64,000 nt of DNA from Nitrospiraceae bacterium (GTDB lineage: Bacteria; Nitrospirota; Nitrospiria; Nitrospirales; Nitrospiraceae). Within the stretch, counting starts at the first letter, position 1; the number at the start of each line of letters is the position of its first letter. The notes below the pieces were generated by a model. That model made no database searches. It was not told the DNA's origin and worked only from the letters and a program-made list of their open reading frames with translations. Positions 1 through 9,311 of the stretch are shown here, one piece after another. The position numbers and the translations under genes are program-made. Location: the NCBI GenBank assembly GCA_009692155.1, contig SHZW01000009.1, positions 12,272-76,271 of the forward strand, written 5' to 3'.

Positions 1-175
1 AGGCGTAGACGAACGGATACCGTTCGGCAAGTGCGACCGCGGCCTTGCTGGTGGCCAGGTCGCAGCCGATCGTGACGAATGCATCCACGCCGGCTTCGCG
101 CGCGCGCGCGATCATCGTCTCGCGGTCGCCGTCGTAGCGCGTATCATCCAGGTGCGTGTGGGTGTCGATCAGCAT
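1..175 (-). CDS. TatD-family metal-dependent hydrolase, N-terminal part (gene runs off the window edge)
   Basis: Own translation of the minus strand from ATG at 175-173: MLIDTHTHLDDTRYDGDRETMIARAREAGVDAFVTIGCDL... The HTHLD start is the TatD/amidohydrolase HxH metal motif. It is absent from the ORF track because it leaves the window. Confidence 0.7.
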   Translation of the reverse strand, partial: MLIDTHTHLDDTRYDGDRETMIARAREAGVDAFVTIGCDLATSKAAVALAERYPFVYA

Positions 176-293
176 AGGCGATGCGACGCAGATCGTAACA
201 TGCGGCGTCCCGATTGAGAAGCGAAAGGCTCGAAGGAGCATAAGGAGCATGGAGTTGACAGAAAACATGCTGTTTGTTACTAATTACGTCACC

Positions 294-626
294 ATGAGCC
301 GTGCGCTGAAAGAACCGTTCTTTCACCGTCTTCTTAAAACGGCGTTGCCGCTGGCGTTGGCCGGCCTGTTGCTGGCCCTGGCTCCGTTCGCGGTTGCGCT
401 GGAAGTCCACCACGAATTGGCCGCGGCCGATGAGGATGGGCACCAGCATTCCGATACCGACCTCTGCCAATGGGTCCAGCATCATACCGGCAGTTCATTG
501 CTTGCGGATGCGCCCGCACTGCAGGCGCTGTGTGCGCAGGTCCCATGGTCTCAGCCGGTTGCGCAGGTTCTCCTTTCTCTCGATCTTCCCCGATCTACAG
601 CCCCTCGCGCTCCACCTCTTTCCTGA
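294..626 (+). CDS. small secreted His/Asp-rich protein (hypothetical)
   Basis: Part of ORF 156..626. From ATG 294: MSRALKEPFFHRLLKTALPLALAGLLLALAPFAVA (signal-peptide-like), then HHELAAADEDGHQHSDTDLCQWVQHH. An alternative in-frame ATG at 249 follows AAGGAG with very short spacing. It sits directly upstream of a TonB-dependent receptor. Confidence 0.45.
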   Translation: MSRALKEPFFHRLLKTALPLALAGLLLALAPFAVALEVHHELAAADEDGHQHSDTDLCQWVQHHTGSSLLADAPALQALCAQVPWSQPVAQVLLSLDLPRSTAPRAPPLS

Positions 627-731
627 TCGCAGTCAGACCGTTTCATCGGTAGGCGGCCGTTTGTTCGCGGAAGGGTGATCCGCCTGCCGGTGTCGTGGCA
701 TTGATATTTCTTCAAGCGATCAGGGGGCATC

Positions 732-3146
732 ATGCTTTCGCGTTTTCTGAAATTGATTGGAATTGCCGTTGCGTGTTGGTTTGCAGGCGGGGCGGAGCTT
801 GTTTTTGCTCAGGATAATGCGGGCGTTCGGACGATTACGGGATCTGTGCAAAACCAGGACCTGCGGCGGGTCGGTCAGGCGCTAGTCGAAGTCAGGGATC
901 GGGAAGGGACAATCGTTGCGCATAAAGTGACCAACGATGCCGGCGAGTTCACGGTTGCCGTTCCTGCCGAGGGCACCTACTCCGTCAGCGCTATATTGGA
1001 AACCTATCGCAGCGAGTTCGTGATCGTCAAAATCGGCATGGCTTCGCCTGCCCCGATTACGCTGACCCTGGCATTGACTCATGAAATTTCCCTGGAGATT
1101 GTCTCGCCGCTGCCTCCGATCCAGTATAGGGCATCAAGCGAGACCTATTCCTTGAGCCGGAAGGATATCGAGATTCTACCGCGCGGCAACAATAACACGG
1201 TGGCGGAGGTCTTGCAGACGGTTCCCAGCGTGGTGTACGGCGCTTTGGGGCAAACCCACATCCGCCAGGACCACGCCAATCAGCAGTTTCGAATCGATGG
1301 GGTGCCGATTCCGGAAGGCGTGAGCTCGACCTTCACCGACGTGATTTCGCCCCGTATGTGGGAGCGCGCGGATATCATCCTTGGCGGCATGGAGGCGCAG
1401 TACGGCAACAAGACCGCGCTGGTGGTCGACATCACCAGCAAAAGCGGAACCAAGCCGGGGTTCGGCTCGTTGCAGATGTTCGGGGGCTCGAACGAGACGG
1501 CGAACCCGTCGTTCGAATACGGCGGCACGGTTGGGGAGAAGTTCCGGTACTACGTGCTGAACAGTTTTACATCCACGAACCGCGGGATCGAGCCGTCGAC
1601 CGCTGGCCATTCCGTCTTTCACGGGCAGAGCGAACTAAACCAGACCTATCTGCGGGGTGACTATCAGCATGACAATCGCAACAGTTTCAGTTGGGTGTTC
1701 CTGAACGCAGTGGCGAAGTATCAGATTCCAACTTTCCCAGGACTGGGTACAAACCCGGACACCCTGCCTCTGCTTCAGGCCCAGGCCCCGGCATACTCAC
1801 CCGTGGCCTCCCAGTCGGTAAACCAGAACCAGAAGGAGAATAGCCAGTACGCGCATCTCATCTGGCGTCAGGACGTCAACACCGCCAATTATTTCCAGCT
1901 CGCCGGTTTCTGGAGAAATTCCCATGCGAATTTCACCACTGATCCCTTCAATGTGCTGGCCTACACGTCCGACGCAGCGGAACCGTTCTCTGCGGCGAAT
2001 CAGAAGCGGGCAGCCTACTCGGTCGGGACGCGACTCGACCACACATGGACCCCCAACACGCGGCATCTCGTGAAATCCGGTTTCCAGTTCCAGTACACCA
2101 ACGCGTCGAATCGAGCCGAGTTCTACGACTTTGCGCGAAACCCGGGCACAGGCCTCCCGATCGGACCGGTGATCAGCCAGACCGGCGCCAATACGAACGT
2201 GCAGGTGCGCGAGGAGTTCTGGGTGCAGGATCAATGGAGCCTGAATCACCAATGGACGTTCAACCTCGGTCTGCGGCTCGATACGGTTCAAAGCTTCTAC
2301 AACGAAGGGCAACTCAGCCCGCGCATCGGCGTCACGTACAAGCTGAATCAGTCGAACGTCCTTCACGCTTACTATGGCCGGCTGTTCACGCCGCCGAATG
2401 TCGAGCAGATCGCGTTTACCAAGTTGAATCTACAGGGAACCACGGGAGAACCGGAGAACCCGACAGGATTCACTCCCAGGTCGGAGCGTTCCAACTACTT
2501 CGAAATCGGCAGTTACCACGCGCTCAACAGCTGGGCCACTCTGGAGCTGACCAGCTATTACAAGCAAAGCCACTACCAGTCCGATGCCGGCCAGTTCGGG
2601 AGCACGCCACTCTTGAACTTTTTTGCCTTTAACTGGGGCCACCAAACGGGTATCGAAGGTGCTCTCAAAATGCAACTCACGGAGGGCTTGAACGCGCGCG
2701 GCAACGTGGCGTGGGGCCGGTGCAAAGGCAGCGGATTGCAATCGGGACAATACTTGCTGGAGCAGGCTGAAATCAACGATATCAATTCAGATGGCGGGGT
2801 GTTCTGCGATCACTCGCAGTCCATGACCAGTTCCGCCGTCGTGAATTACAAGTTCCGCGAGCACACGACATTCACGGGGCAGATGCTCTACGGATCCGGA
2901 CTTCGGGATGCCGAGCCTGGCGCCAAAACCAATTCCTCGCATAGTCCGTCCTATACGACGTATAATCTGTCCGTTTCGCATATCTTTCCGCTGCCCAACA
3001 AACAGAAGTTTCTGCTGGGGTTCGATGTCGTGAATCTGCTGGACCGGCAATATTTTTACAATCAGGGCGAAGGAAATATCGGGCTTGGCGTTGCGCATGC
3101 GGGTATGCCCCGCTCGTTCTTCTTCCGCGGCCAATGGTTTTTCTAG
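732..3146 (+). CDS. TonB-dependent outer-membrane receptor with N-terminal carboxypeptidase-regulatory-like domain
   Basis: 804 aa ORF. It has a signal peptide (AVACWFAGGAELVFAQ) and a CarboxypepD_reg-like segment (ITGSVQNQDLRRVGQALVEVRD...GTYSVSA). A plug-like region (TVAEVLQTVPSVV) and a long barrel follow, ending in the typical aromatic C-terminus FFFRGQWFF. Confidence 0.9.
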   Translation: MLSRFLKLIGIAVACWFAGGAELVFAQDNAGVRTITGSVQNQDLRRVGQALVEVRDREGTIVAHKVTNDAGEFTVAVPAEGTYSVSAILETYRSEFVIVKIGMASPAPITLTLALTHEISLEIVSPLPPIQYRASSETYSLSRKDIEILPRGNNNTVAEVLQTVPSVVYGALGQTHIRQDHANQQFRIDGVPIPEGVSSTFTDVISPRMWERADIILGGMEAQYGNKTALVVDITSKSGTKPGFGSLQMFGGSNETANPSFEYGGTVGEKFRYYVLNSFTSTNRGIEPSTAGHSVFHGQSELNQTYLRGDYQHDNRNSFSWVFLNAVAKYQIPTFPGLGTNPDTLPLLQAQAPAYSPVASQSVNQNQKENSQYAHLIWRQDVNTANYFQLAGFWRNSHANFTTDPFNVLAYTSDAAEPFSAANQKRAAYSVGTRLDHTWTPNTRHLVKSGFQFQYTNASNRAEFYDFARNPGTGLPIGPVISQTGANTNVQVREEFWVQDQWSLNHQWTFNLGLRLDTVQSFYNEGQLSPRIGVTYKLNQSNVLHAYYGRLFTPPNVEQIAFTKLNLQGTTGEPENPTGFTPRSERSNYFEIGSYHALNSWATLELTSYYKQSHYQSDAGQFGSTPLLNFFAFNWGHQTGIEGALKMQLTEGLNARGNVAWGRCKGSGLQSGQYLLEQAEINDINSDGGVFCDHSQSMTSSAVVNYKFREHTTFTGQMLYGSGLRDAEPGAKTNSSHSPSYTTYNLSVSHIFPLPNKQKFLLGFDVVNLLDRQYFYNQGEGNIGLGVAHAGMPRSFFFRGQWFF

Positions 3147-3151
3147 CAGAC

Positions 3152-3179
3152 GTGAGGCGTAAGGCGTGAGGCGTGAGGC
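3152..3179. repeat. four tandem heptamers GTGAGGC / GTAAGGC / GTGAGGC / GTGAGGC (no mirrored arm found)
   Basis: Read directly: cgtgaggcgtaaggcgtgaggcgtgaggcg. It lies between the receptor stop (3146) and the TonB-like gene, and contains that gene's GTG start (3166). Confidence 0.9.
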
Positions 3180-3657
3180 GATCAAAAAGCACGAAGATGG
3201 ATTCCGATGGCGGTTCTCTTCCGGTCTGTCTGCCTGGGCAATCGCGGCAAGTGTGATCCTGATGACTGTTCTTGCGGGACGAGCGGGTGCGGCGGAAGGG
3301 GATCGAGCGACGCACGATTCGGATCATGACGAGGATGTCGTCCTGCTGCCACCCGTCCACGTGCACGGGATTCCACTCAATAAAGACCAGCAACTGGGCC
3401 CGGTGCCGACCTATACGCCGTGGCCGGCCATTCCGCCGGTGCTCGAAGGAAAGGTCATCGATGATTGGATGAAGGCGCGGTTCATGGTGGCCAGGGACGC
3501 GACGATCGACGTGGTCGTGCTGGAGCCGTGCAAATACCGCGAGCTCACCGGCGCCGGCCTGGCCGCGCTGAAGCAATGGAAGTTCGATCCGCAGATGCGC
3601 GGCGAGGAACTGGTCGACGGGGAACTGACGGTGCGCATTCACTTCCGGGCGGAGTAG
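3166..3657 (+). CDS. TonB C-terminal-domain (energy transducer-like) protein
   Basis: 163 aa. The GTG start lies inside a heptamer array. It has one N-terminal TM helix (LSAWAIAASVILMTVLAG), a Pro-rich spacer (PVPTYTPWPAIPPV) and a C-terminal ~80 aa TonB_C-like domain. It is adjacent to the receptor. Confidence 0.65.
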   Translation: MRREAIKKHEDGFRWRFSSGLSAWAIAASVILMTVLAGRAGAAEGDRATHDSDHDEDVVLLPPVHVHGIPLNKDQQLGPVPTYTPWPAIPPVLEGKVIDDWMKARFMVARDATIDVVVLEPCKYRELTGAGLAALKQWKFDPQMRGEELVDGELTVRIHFRAE

Positions 3658-3664
3658 CGAGGTA

Positions 3665-4234
3665 GTGGTGAACTGGGACGTCACGCTGTTTCAGGCAATC
3701 AACGGGCTGGTCGGCCGGTCCGAGTGGCTGGACTGGCTGATGTTCCAGCTGGGACACCCAAAGTTTTTGTTGCTGCCTGGCCTGTTGGCGATCGGGTACT
3801 GGGCCTGGGTGCACAAGATCGAAGCGGCCCTCGGTGGCCCGGTTCTCTATGCCACGCTGGGAATCGGAGATTTTCTTGGCGCCCAGATCAAACATCTGGT
3901 CGAGCGGGCGCGGCCCTGCCGGGCGCTGAGCGGCGTGCACGAGCTGGCCGGCTGCGGCGGGACATTCAGTTTTCCTTCCAACCATGCCCTGAACATGGCG
4001 GCGGCAGCCGCGTTTCTTCACGTGCTCTATCCGGCAACCGGGTGGATCAGCTGGCCACTTGTCGCCCTGGTCGGGTTTTCCCGTGTGTACGTCGGGGGGC
4101 ATTATGTAACGGATGTGTTCGGCGGATGGGTAATCGGGGGAATGCTCGGAGCCGGTATCGCACTGCTCTTGTTACGGTGGCCGAAGTTCAGGCCAACCCG
4201 TCTTTCACCAGTCGGACAGCCCGTAATCGGTTAG
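3665..4234 (+). CDS. PAP2-family phosphatase (membrane, undecaprenyl-diphosphatase-like)
   Basis: All three PAP2 motifs are present: KHLVERARP, PSNH and SRVYVGGHYVTD. It has several hydrophobic helices and a GTG start. Confidence 0.8.
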   Translation: MVNWDVTLFQAINGLVGRSEWLDWLMFQLGHPKFLLLPGLLAIGYWAWVHKIEAALGGPVLYATLGIGDFLGAQIKHLVERARPCRALSGVHELAGCGGTFSFPSNHALNMAAAAAFLHVLYPATGWISWPLVALVGFSRVYVGGHYVTDVFGGWVIGGMLGAGIALLLLRWPKFRPTRLSPVGQPVIG

Positions 4235-4283
4235 GGGCGCAACTCTCAGACCATATTGTTCGGAAGTGATGACGTGGGATGCG

Positions 4284-5861
4284 TTATCGATTCTGAGGCA
4301 TGATCAGTTCAGGGGAAGCCGCAGATTTGACTGCAGGCGCTGAAGGGATCGAGGTGCGGAGAATGTTGCTGGGGATGATGCCCTGGCCCATCGAATGCTC
4401 ATAGCGAACGGCCGGTGCCGCGGTCTGATATGGAATGCCTAATGTGCGGCGCACGTCAGCCTCGAGCCAGTCGCGAAGGCGGACGAGGTCCTTGGGACTG
4501 AGGAAGTCCGTATATACATAGGAGGTGTACTCGCCAGGGACCCCTTTGTAGTATTCCGCGACTTCCCTGTAATCGACGGCCAGGCTGTGCAGCCGGTCGC
4601 CGGTCTTGGCATAGGTATATGTCCAGACGCCAGGCTTGGTCTCGACCGCCTCGTCGAAATAGGGGGTGCCGGGATAGGTGGTGATGACGGTGGCGTCGAA
4701 GTCCTCCGGGCGAACCTCCAGAAGCCAGTCCCGCGTCGCACGAATGGTCTCTTCCGATTCCCCGGGATGCCCCACAGACATCAGGGCCTTGACCTTCAAA
4801 TCGTGCTTCTTGGCAATCTCCATGCAGCGGGTATTGTCGGCCTGGGCCGCTTTCTTCTGGATGTTGGTCAGAATCCGCTCATGGCCCGACTCAAAGCCGA
4901 CCAGAATCCAGCGGAATCCGGCCCGGCGCATCGCCTCCGCCTGTTCGTCGGTGAAGAGTTCGGCTTTGATGAAGCCGCGCAACCGGAATTCCACTCCGAG
5001 CTTTTTCTGCGTGTCGGCGATCAGGTTCATCAATTCGACGATGCTGGGGCTGACGTTCAGCTCGTCGTCGTACAGCATGAACCCCCTGACGCCGTACGTC
5101 TGATGCAGGTGGACCATTTCCTGCACAATGTTGGCCGATGAGCGCGTCCGCACGCGACGAAGGAACGGGCTCATGCGCCCGCCGCAAAATCCGCAGCCGA
5201 ACGGACAGCCGAGTTGGGCGATCATGGACAGGGCCGGCACGCCGTCAATGTTATAGCGATAGCTGGGCACGTCGAGCAGATGGCGGGCCGGGAAGGGCAG
5301 CGTGTCGAGGACGGCGTTATCCAGGAACAGCGCTGACTTTGGATCGTCGCCGTCGATCAGTTTGGGCGGGTCCTCGCGCAGCGCTTCACGGATCGCAAAT
5401 TCGCCGTCACCCGTGATCAGCACGTCGTACATTTCTTCGAGGTGCCGGAACGCCTCGGTCGCGCGGCCCTTCTTGTTGCGCTTCTGCTCATATTTCACGG
5501 CGGCATGGATCAGGGTGATGTGGGGGCCGCCCAGCATGATTCTGGCTGAGGGGTTGAGCGCGCGGATGACCCGTTGGATTTTTGTCGTCGCCGGCATTTG
5601 CGGCGTCGTCGCCGTGAGCCCGTAGCAGGTCGCCGTGCTGGTTCGGACATAATCCTGAACTACTTCTTCGTAATTGCCGACTCCAGAGAGATCGAGCATT
5701 TCCACGGTGACACCGGCCTGTTCCAGTACGGATGCCACTTTGAGAATGCCCAACGACATGAAGACCCGCTCGTCCAGCAGGAAGATGGAAGGAGGAATGA
5801 TCAGGCAGATCCGGTCGATCATGTTTGCTGAGGCGTCCTGTGCGATCTCGTGTTGGAACAA
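4284..5861 (-). CDS. B12-binding-domain radical SAM protein (class B rSAM)
   Basis: CPFGCGFCGG is the CxxxCxxC radical SAM motif. The N-terminal domain looks cobalamin-binding (ICLIIPPS...LGILKVASVLEQAGV). The true start may be ATG 5822 (MIDRICL). Confidence 0.85.
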   Translation of the reverse strand: MFQHEIAQDASANMIDRICLIIPPSIFLLDERVFMSLGILKVASVLEQAGVTVEMLDLSGVGNYEEVVQDYVRTSTATCYGLTATTPQMPATTKIQRVIRALNPSARIMLGGPHITLIHAAVKYEQKRNKKGRATEAFRHLEEMYDVLITGDGEFAIREALREDPPKLIDGDDPKSALFLDNAVLDTLPFPARHLLDVPSYRYNIDGVPALSMIAQLGCPFGCGFCGGRMSPFLRRVRTRSSANIVQEMVHLHQTYGVRGFMLYDDELNVSPSIVELMNLIADTQKKLGVEFRLRGFIKAELFTDEQAEAMRRAGFRWILVGFESGHERILTNIQKKAAQADNTRCMEIAKKHDLKVKALMSVGHPGESEETIRATRDWLLEVRPEDFDATVITTYPGTPYFDEAVETKPGVWTYTYAKTGDRLHSLAVDYREVAEYYKGVPGEYTSYVYTDFLSPKDLVRLRDWLEADVRRTLGIPYQTAAPAVRYEHSMGQGIIPSNILRTSIPSAPAVKSAASPELIMPQNR

Positions 5862-5887
5862 CTCGTGGCCATCATCATAGAAAAAGT

Positions 5888-6619
5888 CTACGGCTTTTGT
5901 CCAATGATTAGTAAGTTTTTCCCAAGCGGGGCGCCGCAGCGTTGTTCAACAAATTTGGTCGCGGGGACACACCACCGGTCATAGAGTTGTGCGAGCCGCG
6001 CATTGATGGTGCGGGATCGGCCGAGGACGTTGAAGAGGTACCAGAGAAGTATGCCCGCCATGTCCATGTAGATGGCCTTGACCACCTCAAAGCGGTGCGA
6101 CTCGAACAATTGCCGGAGCCGGGGCTTGTCATATCGCCGGACGTGACCGACGGCATGATCCAGCGGGCTGAACAGCCAGGGGAGCGCCGGCACATATACG
6201 ATCAAGGTCCCATGAGGAGCCAGGGACTCGTAGATAGAGTCGAGCAAGCGTCCGTCCTCCTCGATGTGTTCCAGGACGTTCACCAGAATGGTCGTGTCGT
6301 ATTGCTGCGGCGGAGAACGAAACTCGCCCTGAATCGTCTGCAATCGTCCGGCTTGCATGAGCGGGTGGAACTGTTCGTGCAAGAACTCGCCGAGGGCATC
6401 AAACAGTGCGGCGTCCGGCTCGAAAACGTCCAGCGAGGCATCGGGGTGGCGCAGGACATGCTCGCGAGCGATCACGGCTGTAAATGCGCCGAGTCCGCCC
6501 CCGATTTCAGCCAGTTGCGTGCCCAGGAAGGGCCTGAGTTCCTCAAATATCCACGCAGGGTAATTCGTGAGGGATCTGAGAGTCTGCAGTTCGTGCGTGA
6601 GGGGGGATGTGGGAGACAT
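5888..6619 (-). CDS. class I SAM-dependent methyltransferase
   Basis: ORF 5888..6676. SAM motif I is LAEIGGGLGAFT, followed by VLEHIEED. Start ATG 6619 (MSPTSPL) is preferred because the 6676 start overlaps the upstream gene by 37 nt. Confidence 0.75.
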   Translation of the reverse strand: MSPTSPLTHELQTLRSLTNYPAWIFEELRPFLGTQLAEIGGGLGAFTAVIAREHVLRHPDASLDVFEPDAALFDALGEFLHEQFHPLMQAGRLQTIQGEFRSPPQQYDTTILVNVLEHIEEDGRLLDSIYESLAPHGTLIVYVPALPWLFSPLDHAVGHVRRYDKPRLRQLFESHRFEVVKAIYMDMAGILLWYLFNVLGRSRTINARLAQLYDRWCVPATKFVEQRCGAPLGKNLLIIGQKP

Positions 6620-6639
6620 TGGTTTTATGGTGGTGGCGG

Positions 6640-7344
6640 TCAAAGCGGCCGCACACGCCACTTCATGATCGTCCACAGCATGATGACGCCATGCTGCCAG
6701 GTGATTTTCTTCCCTGACTCGTAGGTTCGCGGGGCGTAGTGGATCGGTACTTCCGTCACGCGCGCGCCCTTCCGAAGCAGCTTGCAGATGAGTTCATTGT
6801 CAAACTCGAAGCCCTTGGCGATGACGGGCGTTGAAACGATGACCGACTGGCGAAACGCCTTGTAGCAGCCCTCGTAATCGGTGAAGCGCTGTCCATAGAG
6901 CAGGTTGGTGGCGGTGGTGATGATCTGATTGCCGATATAGTGGAGAAGGTATGGCGAGCGACGCTTCCCAGAAAATTTCAGCTTGTAGAGGATGAACCGT
7001 GAGCCCATGACCGCATCGGCGCGTCCCTCGACGAGTGGCTAGATCACCGCCGCATAGTCGCTGGGATCATATTCCAGGTCGGCGTCCTGGATAAGAATCA
7101 TGTCGCCGGTTGCGGCTTGGAATCCCGTAGTCAGTGCGGAGCCCTTCCCGGAATTCCTCTCGTGTGAGAGATGGCGGATGCCTGTGAGCTGCCGCAAGAC
7201 CTGCCCCGTGCCATCCCTGGATCCATCGTTGACGACGATGATTTCTTTTTCGATCGTTCCCAGGTCCACGGCCTGGACATGCCGGATGAGGTGTTCGATC
7301 GTCGCTTCTTCATTGTACGCAGGGATGACGATGGACAGTTTCAT
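6640..7344 (-). pseudogene. family-2 glycosyltransferase (polyprenyl-phosphate sugar transferase-like) interrupted by an in-frame TAG at 7041-7039
   Basis: ORFs 7039..7344 (MKLSIVIPAYNEE...VVNDGSRDGT...IQDADLEYDPSDYAAVI) and 6640..7008 (MGSRFILY...) are in the same frame. Reading through gives DYAAVI-TAG-PLVEGRADAVMGSRF, which is a continuous GT2 fold sequence. Confidence 0.8.
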
Positions 7345-9311
7345 GTGGCCGGCGGGACCTCGAAGACCAACACGCCGTTTTTGTCGAAAAGCAGGTGCAG
7401 GGCGCGGGGTAATTCCTTCAAGCGCCGATCCTGCTCGGCCGCCCGTTCTCCTGTAAATGCGAGGACGCCGTATTTGTCATGGAGGCGGCGGAATTCCCTC
7501 ACGTTGAGCACCACGTGGGTCATGCCCTCGGAGGCCAGCCGTCGGGCCAGATCTTCAGGGGACGACGCTTCCTGGACCCACGTGCCGAGCGGATGGCGGT
7601 CAAACGGGGACGGAGCCACCGCGTTGCGTGCGAAATAGAAGGGGCGCGCCTCTCCGATCATGAGCAGTTTCGCATCGGTACGCGTATGCTCGCGCACGAA
7701 TCTGGCCGCGTCATAATGGTCCAGTTGCCGGCCAGCATACTCCTCCTGATGTTCCCGTCCAAGGGCGACCGCGGTGGAGGCAAAGACCCTATTGTGCACA
7801 TCCAGAAACCGCGATGTTCCCCAGGCTCCGAGCAGCATGAGGACTGCGAGAACCGTCGTGAGGCTGGCCGGCCGCAGGGCGAGTGCCATGCTGACAGCAG
7901 CGATGGTGATCAGAAGCAGCGCCGGCGCCAGAAATCTCATGGTGGTGGAGGTGGTCGCCCAGGCTGTCCCTGAGAGCAGCACGAAGATCGCCGCCGCGTC
8001 GCCCAGCTGTCGTCTTCTCAAGTCAGCGCCGAGCATTCGCGAGAATAGTGGAAGCAGAAGGACCGCGATGATGGCAATGATCGCCAGCGGTCCGGCATCC
8101 GCGGCAGAGCCAAAACGCTCGGAGTGCATGACAAGATCCCAGGGCAGGCGCAACATGCCAAAAAATCCCAGGTCGAAGGCGTTGGGAGAAAGGTCTCCCT
8201 TGACGAGTGCCTGGGTTGTGTCACTCCAGAGGCCGCCGCTTCCCAGCCATCCATAGGCCAGCGGGTAGACGGGATTACCCGTGAACCAGGCGGCTCGTCC
8301 CCACCAGGGAGCAATGCTGGCCAGTGCGAGCAGCGTCGTGAGGGCCAGATTCCGCCAGGACCAGCCCAGCACAAATCCAGCGGCAAGCCCCGCGAAAACC
8401 CACGCAAGGCCGTTGATCTTCACGGTTCCGGCGAGTCCGAGCAGCAGCCCGGCTGTCAGCCAGGGACGGGAATGTTGCCCGGAGGTGACCAGGACACAGG
8501 CGGTGGTCACGAGGGCAGCCGTCAGGCAGGTTTCGGAAAACGTCAGTGTGCCAAGAAACCAGAGTGTCGGCGATGAAGCCAGGGCCGCGACGCCCAGCGC
8601 GGCCGTCCATTGGGGCGATCGTGGCCGCAGAAGCGCTTCCAGTAGCCCCCACGCCGCCAACGAACTCCATGCCCAGAAAGACCAGTGCATCGCGCGTGCG
8701 CCAAGATCTCCATCGATGGCCATGCCCCAGGCCAGCAACAGATCCGATGCATGGGGCAGCAGCGTGAAGAATACCCATGGATAGGCCTGTAACGAACCGG
8801 TCGCCAAGGCTCGCTCGGGAATGACGAGATGGTATCCCAACTCGTCGTAGAAAATCGGTGGAATCGTCGCCCAGAGCCAGGCGATCAGCCACACGAAGCC
8901 TAAAATAATCCCCGATGCGGCCGGTATCAGAGGATATAACGGTCGGCTAAACCGGACTGTGCGAGCCAGCATCACACATCCGGCGGCAACGAGAAGCAGG
9001 ATGATCAGGCCCGCAAGCCCCAGCACGCCTGCCAACGCGCTCAAGGTGGCGCAGAGCGACAGGATGGCCGCACCGGTGCCGATTCGGATTGCCAATTGCG
9101 GCATCGTGGATTGATCCGTCGCTGATGATCCGGCAGCAAAGCGATGAAGAAACGTGCCTGCAGTAAACGCTGCGAATAGAAACGAAAGAGGAATCAGGAG
9201 GAGCCACGCGCGGGTGTAATCGATGAGGAGCGTTCCGAAGACCACGACTCCCAGGGCAGTGGTCAGCGTCGTTGCCGGGGACGGTGGTAATTCCTGGGAC
9301 GTGTCGGTCAT
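7341..9311 (-). CDS. large polytopic membrane protein, putative GT-C (ArnT/PMT-like) glycosyltransferase
   Basis: 656 aa. It has many hydrophobic helices over ~450 aa, an acidic loop motif FYDELGYH and a soluble C-terminal domain. ATGA overlaps join it to both neighbours. The family assignment is inferred from topology and the GT2 partner. Confidence 0.5.
   Translation of the reverse strand: MTDTSQELPPSPATTLTTALGVVVFGTLLIDYTRAWLLLIPLSFLFAAFTAGTFLHRFAAGSSATDQSTMPQLAIRIGTGAAILSLCATLSALAGVLGLAGLIILLLVAAGCVMLARTVRFSRPLYPLIPAASGIILGFVWLIAWLWATIPPIFYDELGYHLVIPERALATGSLQAYPWVFFTLLPHASDLLLAWGMAIDGDLGARAMHWSFWAWSSLAAWGLLEALLRPRSPQWTAALGVAALASSPTLWFLGTLTFSETCLTAALVTTACVLVTSGQHSRPWLTAGLLLGLAGTVKINGLAWVFAGLAAGFVLGWSWRNLALTTLLALASIAPWWGRAAWFTGNPVYPLAYGWLGSGGLWSDTTQALVKGDLSPNAFDLGFFGMLRLPWDLVMHSERFGSAADAGPLAIIAIIAVLLLPLFSRMLGADLRRRQLGDAAAIFVLLSGTAWATTSTTMRFLAPALLLITIAAVSMALALRPASLTTVLAVLMLLGAWGTSRFLDVHNRVFASTAVALGREHQEEYAGRQLDHYDAARFVREHTRTDAKLLMIGEARPFYFARNAVAPSPFDRHPLGTWVQEASSPEDLARRLASEGMTHVVLNVREFRRLHDKYGVLAFTGERAAEQDRRLKELPRALHLLFDKNGVLVFEVPPAT

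Noticed and set aside
7039-7041. TAG as a programmed pyrrolysine codon
   Set aside because: No pyl genes or PYLIS-like context are visible, and the lineage is not known for pyrrolysine. A simple nonsense mutation or sequencing error is far more likely.
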